A stretch of DNA of 64,000 bases. It comes from Podarcis erhardii (taxonomy: Eukaryota). Position 1 is the first letter of the stretch, and the number at the start of each line of letters is the position of its first letter. Both the position numbers and the translations under genes were made by a program. Shown one piece after another: positions 50,228 to 63,936 of the stretch. Under the pieces are notes generated by a model. It was given only the letters and a program-made list of their open reading frames with translations, ran no database searches and was not told the origin of the DNA. Location: the NCBI GenBank assembly GCA_964252035.1, contig OZ176207.1; one strand, 5' to 3'.

Positions 50228-52396
50228 CTGCAAAGATTTTAAAAATTACAATGTGGATATTCTGATGATTTTTGGACGGTTCTCATTCTCTAGGCATTTA
50301 ATTCACATAGAGAAGAAACATACATTTTGCTGAATCTGTATTATATTTCTGCTTGTAATATAGGAAAGACAACATTTTACTCCTGCGCAAGTGGGTGGGG
50401 AAACAAATCCTAATGCCACAAGCTAGCTATAGCACTCCTTTAGCAATTATCCAAGGTAAAGGCCGGTGTACAGCAACTTATTTCATAATAATAAAGAAAC
50501 TGAGGTACCACCTTTACTTGTCACAGAAATAACTGAATCCAAAGAGAAGACGGGTGCAAGTTTCAGACCACTAAGACAAGGAGCATTTATACAAAGCAGC
50601 AAACTGATATATTAATGCATGAGTAGCAAAGTCGCTTGGTCTGATGGGATTAATAGCAGATCTGGATAAAAAACAGGATGGGACACCAAATCTGGCTACA
50701 AATTCAGACTTACACTCCTACCTGCCTCTCCTGTAGCAAATTCCTCAGATCAGTAACCCACAAGCAAACACCTACAGATGCCCAGAAAATCCAACACCAC
50801 CACTTCCCTTGCACAATTGGCTTGTATAATTCCAATTCTAGCAATGAAGACAGGTATGGTGTACATGTACACGAATACACACACACACACACACAGAGCG
50901 AGAGAGAGCGCACAATGCACACACACTTCAGGGTCACCTCTTTTTTGAGTTTTAGCTTGTTGACCTGATCTCTCCACCAACCCCTTAGCTACGTTCTTAT
51001 ATAATATTGCAGTGTTACTTGGGATGTTTATTACCTGCTGAAAGAAGATGGGAGGCTGCTGCTGTGTATCTTGCTCCCCCTGATTGGAAGACAGGTGGGC
51101 AATGGGTGATGTATGCCAGGTTTGTAAGATTTCTCCCATTTCCTCTCAAGGCTCTATTTATTATAATGTGGCGTTAATGATAATTTTGTCTGCTGGTTGG
51201 CTGACTGCAATGTAAGAAGCGTTTTCTGCCTCAGGATGAGAGCTTGTTGGTGGAATCTGTCCCCCCAAGTAAGAGGTGAGAGGGAGGTTTGTACTCCTAG
51301 GTGGGAGAGAGGAGTAGCTTGATCCATGTTTTTTTTCTGTTTCTTTGCCACAGAAATTAACCGGTATTCTGAATACATGCCCAGGGTGATTGATGAATAT
51401 TTTGCGATTTTGCAGTTTTATATTGTGTTTTATATTTATGTTGTGCAGGTACACTTTTCCTGGCCCCCACATGCATCAGCAGAGTGTGCATAAGCACACC
51501 CCATTCTGCCTTCTTCTGGGTCCAAAAGGACCCATGCATCAGCGATGGCGCGTCAATTGGATGCCCCTATAATGGTCATTGCCTGTATTTATTGTACCAG
51601 TGTTGCATATTTCTTTTTTATTAATATGCTGTTCATCGTTCTGGGGATATTTGGGCCAAAAAGAGGTATACAAACATGCCATAACATAACACAACCACAC
51701 ACACACACACTTTTAATTGTTTTCTCCACTATATATAACTCCCAGCCTCTAGTTCCAAATTTTCAGGTCAGCTTCTACTACAGTTTCATGTATTTGTTTT
51801 CTCTCTGGGTTTGTTTGTTAAACCCCTTTGGGTAGTATGCTTCATTTAACTTTATGTAAAATGCTCATTATATTAATTGAAGCTGATGCTGATAACAGGT
51901 CTGCCACTAGTTCTGTTCAGTTTGTCAGGATCAGCTTAGTGATCATATATATTCTACTGCCTTTTCTCCTTGCCTCAAACGCTAGCAAAAATGGCACTTT
52001 CAGAATGTTTTATTTCTGTATTTGCCTTAGTTAGAAGTAGTTACAGGTATATAAAGAACCCTAGAAGTGAATGAGTATGCTTGTGCCTGACTTGCAAGCA
52101 CATATAGGTGTACAAGTCCTTCTGAAGTCATGTTTTGGAGGTGCATTACTGATGCCACAAGTTTGCCACCCCAAAATCTGCTCTAGAGGGTTGTGACTGC
52201 TTCGTTGAGGCAGGAGAGAAAACTGAAGAAGGGCCAGCTTATTTCCTGTTAGCTACTCCTGCCTTTGTTCACTAGAGGCGCAAGTAAGCCAAAACCAGTG
52301 ATATTACACTGGCACACGAAACCTCAATATTGTTACATTATTAAAGCTCTTGAGTTAAAGTTTGAGGCTTAGGTTTTAACAATGCTACATCCTTAC

Positions 52397-52493
52397 CCCA
52401 ATGATACTCAGGCCTTGTAGGTAGTCTTGTCGAGGCTGGGCTTGTGGAACACATCCAGCTAGAACAACTTTCTTTTTTTCTTCTTGTGCTTTC
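52397..52493 (-). CDS. CDKAL1: CDKAL1 coding exon (human exon 6 equivalent, 97 bp), end of MTTase N-terminal (UPF0004) domain
   Basis: Minus strand reads ttttag|G AAA GCA...ATC ATT GGG|gtaagg = [32 protein letters not shown], matching recalled vertebrate CDKAL1 ([32 protein letters not shown]). Canonical splice sites; ends in phase 0. Confidence 0.97.
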
Positions 52494-52795
52494 CTAAAAG
52501 GCATTTTTAAAAGCAAATATTATTTTCCTTGAATGGCGCAGCAACCTTCATATTTCATTGCATTACTTAATATCTTAAGTAGCATTTACTGAAGAAGCTT
52601 ACAAAAATGCACCAATTTCATGCTGTAGCTTAGCATACCCCAGCTACAGCATTTACTATCTACCAAAAACTGTAGTAGCATAGTTGTAAGATGTAACGGC
52701 AAAGCTTGGCCTGATGTGATATGTAGTCAATAGATCACCTTCCTGTACTCAGATACAATTTATGACAGGGATGGGGAACCTGTAGTCCTCTAGAT

Positions 52796-52931
52796 CAGTG
52801 TTTCCCAAGCTTGGGTCTCCAGCTGTTTTTGGACTACAACTCCCATCATCCCTAGCTAGCAGGACCAGTCATCAGGGATGATGGGAACTGTAGTCCAAAA
52901 ACAGCTGGAGACCCAAGCTTGAGAAACACTG
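52796..52931. mobile_element. Palindromic hAT-Charlie-type MITE nested in an older hAT MITE
   Basis: CAGTGTTTC...GAAACACTG ends; perfect TSD CTCTAGAT (52788-52795 and 52932-52939), containing the TCTAGA target. The host element begins cagggatggggaacc at 52766. Confidence 0.92.
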
Positions 52932-53091
52932 CTCTAGATGATGGTGGGGTACAACTCATCACCTGCGATCTTTTGATGAGTCTCTCTTGGTTGTGCCACA
53001 ATCTGCTTTTACTCATTAGGTGGCAAAAAGGAAGGAACCATTTTCAATTGTAGTATCTGTGTTGTGGAAGAATCTCCCCCAAGTGCTCCTG

Positions 53092-53156
53092 TAAAAGGTA
53101 AAGGACCCCTGGATGATTAAGTCCAGTCCTTGACTATGGGGTGCGGCGCTCATCTT
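53092..53156 (-). mobile_element. Sauria SINE 3' fragment
   Basis: gtaaaaggtaaaggacccctgga...gcggcgctcatct is the reverse complement of the SINE tail. A similar plus-strand scrap lies at about 40400-40450. Confidence 0.7.
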
Positions 53157-56100
53157 CAGTAAGCCTATGCAGTAGCTTGCTTCCACAAGAAATCGATATC
53201 ATTTTTATTCAGGCAGGCATTCAGTGGACCTGAACGTATTTTCTGCTGACTGTTTCCCTGTTATCCTGACTCAAGACTCTTGGCTAGGATATCCCAAAAG
53301 TTTTGTTGACAACATCGGCAAGCCATCTCTGCATCAGCCCAGAATTACGTTACAAGGTTCAAAAGGCACAACAGCAGAATCCATGATTCATCACAAGGCA
53401 TAAGCAAAGACATCCCAACACCTGACCTGCTCCTCCTCCTATACTTTTAGAGGCGTAGAACCCATAATTTGCACAGGTCTGCTTGCAAGCGGGCACTCTA
53501 GTTGGAGGGCGGAGGGCTGAGTCTGCATTGATGGCAGTGTGCCCTTGGCAACAGGACTCAAGTCCAACACTTTGGCTGCTTCTGATCTGGCCAGCTCTGC
53601 AGATTGGCCAGCTGGCTACTATAGGTGCCTCACTCCCTGGAGGCATGGTGAAACTGGTTTGACTGTTTCCCCCTCCCCAAATGGGACATCCAATGACCCT
53701 GGGGAAGAAGCTGCATCCAGATCACAATTCAAACTGTCTCCCCTGCGCCCTTCTTAGGGTCCTCCTCTTCCTCTGGCAGAGCTTGCCATTCCTGGCTACA
53801 GCTGCCTGGCAACACAGGGTGCATGAAACCAGTTTGCTGTTTTAGTTTACATCTGTGGAAATTTTATTGTATCTTGATGCTTACATAAAAGTCGGTATGT
53901 AAGTTTTTCTAACAGATTGTAAATGAAATAAATAGTCACTGGCAATAGACCATACTAGCCAGGAATTAAAGTCTGACAACAGTTGGAAAGCCTCAGGTTC
54001 CCTACCCTGATTTATGGTATTTTCTCCAGTCATCATGAAGAAAATATTAGTTTGGGTAATATATAAAAAAGCATTGCTATATTAACTGCATTAGCATAGT
54101 GCTGCAAACTCAGACCTCCAGTGCCAAGGAAATGTGCATGCCAGTCCTCTGAGCCCCACCCAGTGATACATTGCTACCTCCTGCAAGAAAACCTAATAGG
54201 CATTTTTCATGTTTGGTCATGCCATAGCAGTTACGTTGGTGGACATCTTGTGAAAACATTGCTGGTGGCAATTCGAATGGAATTCTACTGGAGTGGCATT
54301 TACAAAACAGTGTCTATGCATGAGCCATCAACGAGGGCACAACAAACCACACAGTATTTCAACAGATGATACTAAATGTTAAACTGTGAATACTGAAACA
54401 GTATCCAGCAGTATGCTTTGCCTGTGCATCCATAATATCAGCATTAAGGAGATTAGATAATGGGACTGGTATAGTACTAAAGAAAACGACAGCAAGTAAA
54501 AGAGAGGATTTTTTACCACCATATATGAAGTTTAAGGAAACCTTGTAGGTTTGCTTTTTTAACTTTATTTATTAAAAAAACACACGAAAGTATGAAAATA
54601 TATTCAGGTATATATTCAGGTATTTTGACATATTTGGTCCAATATTTAATGGCAAAGCAACATGACCAGTTTCTTATAATCATACACCACCACTAGCTGC
54701 TATCTCTACATTGTAGAATGAACATGTACAGATCCGTCTACTCAAATATCTGCAAGGATAGCAAAGGTAAAACTCTGCTGGTCTCAGCAGAAAAACACAT
54801 AAATATTTTTGACATATTATTTGGTATGGTAACGTTATTTAATAACTTTGTCATTTTTTGCAAAATCTTCATGAAACGTAGATAGGAACTGGGGGACTGT
54901 TATTTAGAACCGCACATCAAATATTGGCTTAATTTACCCTTAAGCTGAAATTTACATAGACTTTTATATATTTCTCAGCTTTAACTTCACACTAAACAGA
55001 AGAGCAGTCATATTTTGAATTCTGCTGTTTAGATATGAGCAAACATTCAATGTAATCTTTTTAATACTCTCTAATGAGCTTTGCTGAATTTAACAAAAGC
55101 CTTCACATTATTTCTTCTTTAGAAAGCTAGCTACATCTAGAATACTACTACAACAAATATCTTTAACCTTCAGAAATTTTAATGCTATAGGGAGTGTGGG
55201 GGGTGCATTTAGCATAAATAAATACATTTCCATTTCCAGAAACATTCCCACTTTACAGTTAAATGAACTTTACCTTGAAATTACACTTTAATTGGCTCAG
55301 AACAATTTTTCTCCAAGAAAATATACTTCAACTTAAACTTGATTTATCAAATCTCACAGCACAGAAGTTTAATTAGACCAATTTTCTTTAAAAAGCTTGG
55401 TGTGCTGGAAAAAGTAATATGTAGAATGGTTAAAACACATGTTGAGTTATTTTAATGCTGGTACATAATATCTGCCTGCAAGGCCATAAATAGCAAGAAG
55501 AATAATCCAGTCCCGTTAGCAAAGAGTGCACACAAGCAAAGGATTTCCATAAGGACAACGAAGAGAGATTAACTGGGATATGGAAGGTACATACAGTCTC
55601 CCAATTGCCCCTACCATTGTCTGCACATAGGGAGAGGTTCCACTGAACCTATGAAAACGCTTTGCATGCAGTGGGCTACATTACGATGGAAAACGAAGAA
55701 ACACCTCAGTGAGCTGCCACCACGGGGGGCTTATGAGGGACTATATCTGAGAAAGCAGGTCTGTCTGAACTGCATTATACAAATACCATAAATATGGGAT
55801 AAGCTGAATGAAAATCTCACAACAATTATAGAAAAATAGGTGTTATTTAAAGGACCACTTAGTATGAAGAAAGAACAGACGAGGGGGAAAGGATATTTAT
55901 TGGCACTTGCATTAAATGGCCCAATTCACGTGCTTGTCATCAAGCCTATGTATTACTAACATGAAATATTTGCAAAGGAATGTGCCCTTTAAACACTGCT
56001 GTAGCAACGTGGAATGTATGGATGTACAGGTTTTTAGAAACATTAGGGGGAACATACATGGTTGGTTTTGCTCATGTGGCTGTATGTTTATTTATTTATT

Positions 56101-56224
56101 TGCAGTCCACCTTAGGATCTCAGGATAGGGACAATCAAAGCTTTATTTCAAACAACAATCCACCCACAGGTAAAAGCAGATAAAGTTCACAATTTAATCA
56201 ATTACGAAACTGCAGAACTTCTAA

Positions 56225-56450
56225 AAATTCCTGCTGCATTTTAAAGACTGCTAAAGCCTTGGCTAAGTAACCATGTTTTAAGTTGGCATTAAATGAAAAA
56301 GAAAGGGTGGGAGTCAGGCAAATTTCAAAAGTGAGAGAGTTCCACAACCAGGGTACCAACCAAAATGCAGCACACTTTTTCAAACAATTCTCTCCCTCCC
56401 GACCAGTCTGATTGAAGTGTGTTCTTCAACTCTTGAAAAAGTGGTAGATA
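56225..56450 (-). mobile_element. Old L2 3' fragment
   Basis: Antisense peptide CAAFWLVPWLWNSLT...LKHGYL is a degenerate RAFSVAAPxLWNxLP...LKTxLF motif. Confidence 0.55.
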
Positions 56451-56789
56451 CAGGGAGAGGCAGTCCATGAGTTCCAATGGACTGGGAGAAGAAGGAATTT
56501 CTACAGTACAAATTTAGGTTTAATAAAGGAAATATTGCAAAGCTGAGATCCACTGTGATTGATGCAGCCACTAACCTTGCAGAAGCATTTTGCGTCTAGC
56601 AAACTCTCCTATTACCTGATGGCTCTAAGCAACTGTATGCTTCACTTCGCTATTAGGGAACTTTCCTCCCTATACTCTAGCCCTCATCACAAGAACCTAG
56701 AAAGTGCTGCTTGAGGATGCTCCTTTACAGCTCCAGCCCTATAGCTAATGCGCTGCTTCTTCAGAATATCTCTTGCTCAGCACAAACCG

Positions 56790-56987
56790 CTCCTCTCATG
56801 CAGACTGTCAATGGGCTTTTCATCCACTGCAAACACATACCTGTATACCACTTTACCCTGGCTTCTGATAACCGAGATGTATGCTTTTAGGACCAACCTA
56901 TTTCTGTGACTGTAGGTTGCTTTAAACTGTTTGAATTGTTGTAACCTGCCCTGGGACCTTAGGGTGAAGGGCGGGTAATAAATAAAC
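56790..56987 (+). mobile_element. L2-type 3' end
   Basis: Ends ...ttgtaacctgccctgggaccttagggtgaagggcgggtaataaataaa, the typical squamate L2 tail. Similar short tails occur at about 4925-4995(-), 19485-19570(-), 35780-35885(+), 48780-48910(+) and 63720-63845(+). Confidence 0.65.
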
Positions 56988-58590
56988 ACATTAACATATT
57001 TTTATGCTAATTCAAATCTTTCCAAGGTGCTTTTATCTCGGCCGTTTACTCAAAAGGTTAAACACATGGATTAAGCCATGTGTTGTTGCAGAAAGCGACA
57101 TGCTGCTGCTTACTGTAACATCCGCTGTTGCTTCATCTGAACATGGTATTGTTTGCAATGCCCTTTTAAACAATTCTGTGGTCTAATATGAAAGGCAGCT
57201 GGATTTCAGTCACAAACACAATCTTTCTGTTCATTTCTCTCCCACTACAAATCTTTCAAGTACAAAGAAACAGGATATTAAATAGTCAAATACCCAAGTC
57301 TATTATGCCATTGAATTCAGAGGAACACACCCATATACACTTAACCTTTCCTTACCAATGTATAACGCTAGTGAAAAAAGTGTTAATGGAATTTAACATC
57401 ACAACATTACAAGCGTTCTATCTGTGCAAGCATATTGGGTTAAGAAAGAAAGCAATCCCCTCCTCTCCTGGTGTGCTCTTCTAAGGGTTCTCCTGACCAC
57501 CTTAGAAACAATTTGGGGGGCAAATTGTAGGAGGAGAGAAAGAAAGCCCTGTTGCGCAAGTGAAAACCCTTACATAGGGATTTCCCCCTCTGTGAAGTCT
57601 TGGCCTCAGATCACGGTTTCTTTCAGGCATAATCATAACCACTGGTGAGAGGAGTGAAGCAGGACCTCTATCTGTGTTCAAGATATGCAGCACTACCACT
57701 GAGCTGTCATTTTCTGTTTCACAATTAATTCTGCCCTAGTTTTAACTAAAATAAGAATTGAAACATGCAGTCAGGTATTCCATTAGATTAATAGACTGTT
57801 ACATTAGTTGACTAAAATATGTTGATCTATTAAAAAGATGCCACTGATTTACCTGGCAGCAGAATTATAATTTTAATCACATCTCATTACCAAAACCAGC
57901 AGGTACCTGCTGCCATCTTAAAGCAAGTATCCCTTCTCCTCCAGTACACAGTACAGAATATATCCTTTAACACTGTGCATCAATGATATATGTGCATCAC
58001 CTACACTCATACGCAAGCTAATATTGATTCCTTGGACAGCTAAACTCACACTATCAATCGGTGGGAAGAGCAATACAAACTACAGGAAGCCAGAATAAGT
58101 TACACAATGTAACTCACGCCTGTTCCAAACTGTTCAAGAGTGGAGCTATTGCTGGCTGAATCTCAACAAGCCAGGCAGAAGAAAAACAAAACTTCAAAAC
58201 CATGTTTTGACATACACTGACAAAAAGGGTGGTGTAACTTCCACTGGGTTGCTAGACCATGTGACTGAGCTGAACAGAGTTTGGAATAGGAGTAAGTCTG
58301 CCCCTGTTTCATCCTGCCACTCCCCTTTTTCGAGATTTACTCCAGCCTCAGCTGAGCCCTGAGTGAGTCAGGGTGGACTTTTGCCAATGTAGTTTTGGTG
58401 GACCTCAAATTCACCCAAACATTAAGGACAAACCAGTATTAATTATCAGAGTTGATACACCATCATCTATTATTATACAAAGCTAGATTTAGGATATGCT
58501 GATTACACTAAATCTCCCTTATAATTTGATGCAGTCCAGATCCAGGAATGCCACTCAAGACACAGTTTTGAAGCTTTCTCCCATAAACCA

Positions 58591-58670
58591 AAACAAAATT
58601 CCTTCCAGTAGCACCTTTGTTTTGTTTTGACTATGGCAGACCAACACGGCTACCTATCTGTAACTGGAAC
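58591..58670 (+). mobile_element. Very short Penelope 3'-end insertion with inverted 5' piece
   Basis: aaacaaaattccttccagtagcacc (antisense pLTR piece) is joined to tttgttttgactatggcagaccaacacggctacctatctgtaactgg (sense 3' end). Confidence 0.85.
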
Positions 58671-59401
58671 TATGGAAGGTCCCATAAACCAAGTGGTCCT
58701 AGCAGAGCAATATTGCCATCTGCTGTCAATGAACAACCCAAGGCTATGTAGTTTAATTAAAAACAAATATATTGATAATACTGATTTATTAAAGCTTGTG
58801 ATTCCCCCCCCAGTCTAATTTAAATATTATATAATACTATACAGAATTTATTCTCTCTCAAAGAAGAAAACATGATTGTTTACATCTTCCTTGAAAAGGG
58901 GCTGCAATCCATATTTTTCTTTCATTTTCCTGCTTGAGATGGAACACAGCTAATGAGATGTTAATAGCTGCTATGCAACCAGATACTGATAGCTAGTTCC
59001 ACTATTAAATTCCAGGTCGAGTGGGGAGGTAATGAAGGATCAATAAGAGCAGCCAAATAGGACTCCTTTAAAGAGCAACTCAGATGTATGGTTTCTAGTG
59101 TAGAACAGCATTTTCAAATTAATGTATCATCTCAGAATTCACAAGGCTGGGGTGGTGTTGCTTTATCAAGTCTCCCTCAATGTCAACCTCACAGCCCAAG
59201 GAGTCTGTGGCTTTTGATATGGGGGCACTATACAGAAAGGGACCTACACATCAATTCTGAGGACAAAGGAAAATGAGTATCTGCATAAAATCTGTATATG
59301 GTATTTTATATGTATAGAAGCATGTTTAGAAAGAATTGCTATGACTTGAACATAAAGAGAGTTTATCTCACAACAGAGTGGGAAGCTGGCTAGATGACCT
59401 A

Positions 59402-59546
59402 CAGTGAGGGAGGAAAGTATTTCATCCCCTGCTAAATTTGCCCATTTGCCCCCTGACGAAGAAATGACCAGTCCATAATTTTAATGGTAGGTTTATTGTA
59501 GCTGTGAGAGACAGAATAACAACAGGAAACACCCCCAGAAACCCAG
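59402..59546 (+). mobile_element. Tc1-family transposon left-end fragment
   Basis: TA+CAGTGAGGGAGGAAAGTATTTCATCCCCTGCTAAATTTG...TTTTAATGGTAGGTTTATT...GAGAGACAGAATAACAACA resembles recalled teleost/amphibian Tc1 termini. No second TIR seen. Confidence 0.7.
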
Positions 59547-61299
59547 GGAAAAGAGGTCAAAGCAGCAAATGCCAAACACAAGGTAGATCAAAACAAAGCT
59601 GAAACCATAGTTCCTAGAGCAAAACATGGTGCAGGTATCACATAATACATCTTCACAAGGCAGCATCAAGTAAAGGATAACAAAAGTTGTCAAGGTGATG
59701 CAAAGTCATTACTAGAGACCTAGAGGGCAGGTGGAAAAACTGAATCAGGAAGTGGGTTAACAGGCCTGGAAAGGGGCCAGACTTTAATCACTGGAGATTT
59801 TAATTACTCAAATGGACTGGTAAAACTTCTTATACATTTTTTTAAACCACCAAATGCTGGAACACATTCCTGGAAGTAATAATAAGATTACTTTCAAAGT
59901 TTGCTTAACTATATTCAGAGGTATACTGGGCCTACTGAAAGAAATGAGTTAATTAAGGTAAATGAAATGTGACAATCATTTTTATCAAACCACAGTATGA
60001 AGCAAAGAAGTAAAAAGCCGCACACTGTAAAATCAATAAAAATGTTTCAGAGGCAGTGGTGCAAATATTATGCATGAGTTTTCAATGCAAATTCTCTAGT
60101 AATTCAGGAAGGAGTGAAAGAAATCAGTAGGTATCCAAACACAGATATGGTTTTTATGGTTGATGAACAAGGCATGAAAAATAAACATGGATCCCAATAA
60201 AAAGACTTCCTCTTTGACCTTGCCTTAGAAAGAACAACATGTACAATTCTTAGAGGTTAACATGTATTTTGGCTGAAACACAAACAGTGATATGAGGAAT
60301 AATTTTCATGAGAATAAAAATATACACTCTTCTTTTAGTGATACACTGTGAGAGAAAGAGAGAGAGAATAAGCCTCAGTGCTTACATTCCTTGGTAAGGA
60401 GAACATAATTAGGAAGGGAGAACAGATCTGATCCATGTTCTCTAATCCATCTAATTTCACCCAAGATACTACTTGGGACCCTTGGTTACACTTGATTGAA
60501 TTTACAATTATTGTATATAGTGGATGGCATTCAGCTAAGTTTTACTCAAGAGTAAAGTAATTAATATTGAAATTGAAAATAAGGAACATGACTAAGTTAG
60601 GTCCATTATTTCAATTTCAACCCAACCTTGACATATTTGCCTCAGGCTCTCTGATCTCGGTTATGGCCCCAGACTTCTATCTGGTCTGACTATCTATACA
60701 CCTGGCTCTGGCCCCACTGACCTTAATTTGCTGCCCTCCACCAAGACCCCACTCTGACCTTGACTATGTACTTTTCCAGCTGACCAGATCTGCTATGCCC
60801 TAGCACTGAGAAAAGCTTGATTGGAAGCTAATGGCTTTGTTGTGAAAAATGGCATTTTTCACCTAGAATTCCAGCAACAACTTTGTGCACTCACCAAGTA
60901 TCGGCTGGAATAGGTGACTTTTCTGTAGTGATCCATTTTGCAAGCAAAGATGGAAGCTGAAGCATAATGCCAGTGCACTTAAGGGAGTTACTTGGACAGG
61001 AGAATCAAGGCAGAATTCAGTCATTTCTAGCAAAACAAGGATACTAAGCCATAGGTTAACACTCTCTGGTGTATTCTCAAAACCGTCAGAGCAGTGCTGG
61101 CCTACAGTTGACCCATGTGCTGAGAAACAGAACAATGACATCAATCCTTTCCCCATTCTTTTGAAAGAAAACATTACTGCTTTAAAAATTAAGTGAATTC
61201 AGTGGGACAAGTACTTGAGAGTGAATAAAGCCTTCAACTACCATAATTTTAATAAACACTGCACATACTGTACATAATGATAATACAAATATTAGGAAG

Positions 61300-61511
61300 A
61301 AAATTGTGGGTGGTTAGAGTGCCAGACTACAACCTGGGAAACCAAGTTCAAATCTTCAGTCAGTCATGAAGCTCACTGGATGACCTTGGGCCAGTCACTG
61401 CCTCTCAGCCTAACCTACCTCACAGGGTTGTCGTAGGGATTAAATGAGGAAGAGGAGAACCATGTGTGCCACCTTCAGCTCCTTGGAGGGAATATAAGTT
61501 AAATAAATAAA
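61300..61511 (+). mobile_element. CORE/L2-tail SINE (Squam3/MIR-like)
   Basis: tRNA-like head remnants, gatgaccttgggccagtcact...ctcagcctaacctacctcacagggttgt core, and (TAAA)n tail. Confidence 0.75.
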
Positions 61512-61513
61512 TA

Positions 61514-61849
61514 CAGTCGTACCTTGGGAGTCAAATGGAATCCATTCCAGAAGTCCGCTTGACTTCCAAAATGTTCAAAAACCAAAGATCCTGCAGCCAA
61601 TCAGAAGCTGCGGAAGCCCCGTTGGACATTTGGCATCCAAAAATACAGTGGTACCTCAGGTTAAGAACTTAATTCGTTCTGGAGGTCCATTCTTAACCTG
61701 AAACTGTTCTTAAGAGTCTGTAACCTGAAGCATCTGTAACCCGAGGTACCACTGTAGTTCGCAAACCAGAACAGTCACTTCCAGGTTTGCAACGTTCAGG
61801 AGCCAAAATGTTTGGGAACTAAGCTGTTCCAACTGTCAAGGCACGACCG
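61514..61849. mobile_element. Tigger-like MITE (outer) interrupted by a second MITE
   Basis: TA-CAGTCGTACCTTG ... CAAGGCACGACCG-TA. Confidence 0.8.
61646..61754. mobile_element. Tigger-like MITE (inner, same family as 423-679)
   Basis: TA-CAGTGGTACCTCAGGTTA ... TAACCCGAGGTACCACTG-TA. Confidence 0.9.
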
Positions 61850-63936
61850 TAAATACCTAAATAGTAGCACATCATATTATATAAACCTTTCAATATTCTT
61901 ATGATTTTTAGGGATATTTGTATGTTTTAGAAAAAAGTACTGTGATGTTGAAAGTTTTTTGCTTCTAAAGTATCCAGATTTTTTCCTGCCTAAAAATATA
62001 CAGTGTTAATATACAATGCCAGCAAGGCCTACATTATAATCCACCTATTTCAAACAAAAAATATTCCAATCTGTTATTATTAATATTCTCTAGCAATGCA
62101 GCAGCAAGTTCCTTAATTCTTTCAAAATTATTATACTGAAGGAATGCAACTATTCTAAATCTCAGAGGGCATTAGATAATCATTCTAGTGGTCCCTATAG
62201 CATGGATTTTGCCTGGACACTTTTAGATCAACATCCCATATACCAATAGTGAAGCAATTTAAATACTAATAGTATTATAGCATAAAAAATAGCAAAGCAA
62301 AAGTGTACAACAGTAGTACAATGCTGACTGAGTCAAAACTAGAAGCAGAGGGGCACAAGAGTTATTGTGCCCCTCTGCTTATTGCAACAATATTTTGAAG
62401 AGCTACCTGTATCATTCCAATGTGTATTGTTGTGTTCCACTTCCCCCTATACAGCTAGAAAGTGAAAAGGAAGAAGCAGAGCTAAGAACCAGCATTAAAA
62501 AGACTATCTTCCTGACTGCAAGCCATCCTTTTGAACAATAACTCACAATGCTACCTGTCCCATGGGAGAGTGTAGTTGAATGCAGTTCACATTCCAAAGG
62601 TCTGATCATACATCAACCACTTTGCCTCCAAGGAGCGAGAATACTCCCGATAGATAATATACCCATGTATTCTGCCAGTGATGCTGTCTTCCATGCTTGT
62701 ACCTTTGAGACATTTCTATGAAGATGATATAGGCAGACAGCTACTTGTTCTCTAATTTCTGTGTTTGTAGCTGTCCTTGATCCCTACACCAAACCAATAC
62801 TCCTATTCCAATTAGTTATTATTCCAATTCTCAAAAGAGTTAATCAACAACATATATATGTATTCTTCTTTCCCTATTGCCACCACCATATACACAGCTT
62901 CTCCTTAGTTGTAATGAAGTGATCAGCTAAAAAGGAGAGCTGGCTCCTCTAGTACTAGACATTCTGTAGAAAGCAGAGATTTCTGGAGTTAGGCCTTGAC
63001 TGGCGGAGGCGGGGGTAACCATTTTCAATCTGCGGTCTTGATCACCCCGTTAGTTTCAATGTGACTAGAAAGTGGTGCAGTCACTCACACTCTTGCACAT
63101 GTGCCACATGCACAACAGACAAAGTCAAATTCAGGCAGACACATGCAGGCACACGGTAGCTGGTATGACCACAGGGAAGCTCAAACACTTGATCCTTCAT
63201 TAAACCCCACTTCTGACACTCATTCCTCCCCATTCACTTTAAGCTTCTATCTCTATATGCAGCCAAAAAAGGTAGCGACAGGGAGAAGAAAGGCTGCTCT
63301 AATGCTGGGCCTGTGGATATGTGCCTTGCACCTTTGCTCCTGGCCTACTCAGAAGTCTATGTGGCATCAATACTGGCATGTCACAGGGCAGCCATGCGCC
63401 CAACTTGCTTATCCCACAGGGAAGTCGACTGTTGTTGGAAATACAAGACGAGACTTTGCAAGTGCTCATTCAGTGCTCAGTGTCAATAATACTGAGCTAG
63501 ACAGACCTATGTTTGATTCCTGTGTTATCCACAACTGACCAGGTTCCAGTCTTGATTTATTCCTCTTATCAAAATGTTATTTCATGGGAAACCTGATTTA
63601 ATACTGACACTTTTACTTCTCTGTCAGCTGGTCCTTTAATATCTGAATTCATTTTAAAATGTGAGATACTCTGTTGGAAGACTGCCACTCCCTACAAGTG
63701 GAGGTGGTGATTGGTTTATTTTGTCCTTGTTCTTGCTTTTATTGTGTGTTTTGTGTTTTTATCGTGTATTTTTATGCTGTGAACATCCCTGAGATCTACA
63801 GATGAAGCGCGGTATACAAATTTAATGAATGATTGAATGAATGTTGGAACTGGCTCTAACTGGCTCACTGAGCCCTTGTATTCTATGCTGGTTGCATCCA
63901 GAAAGCCGGGGCCCAAAGTATCTTGCTGTGGACATG

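Noticed and set aside
53290-53820. Possible old LINE fragment with 95-aa and 72-aa ORFs
   Set aside because: No motif I could assign confidently.
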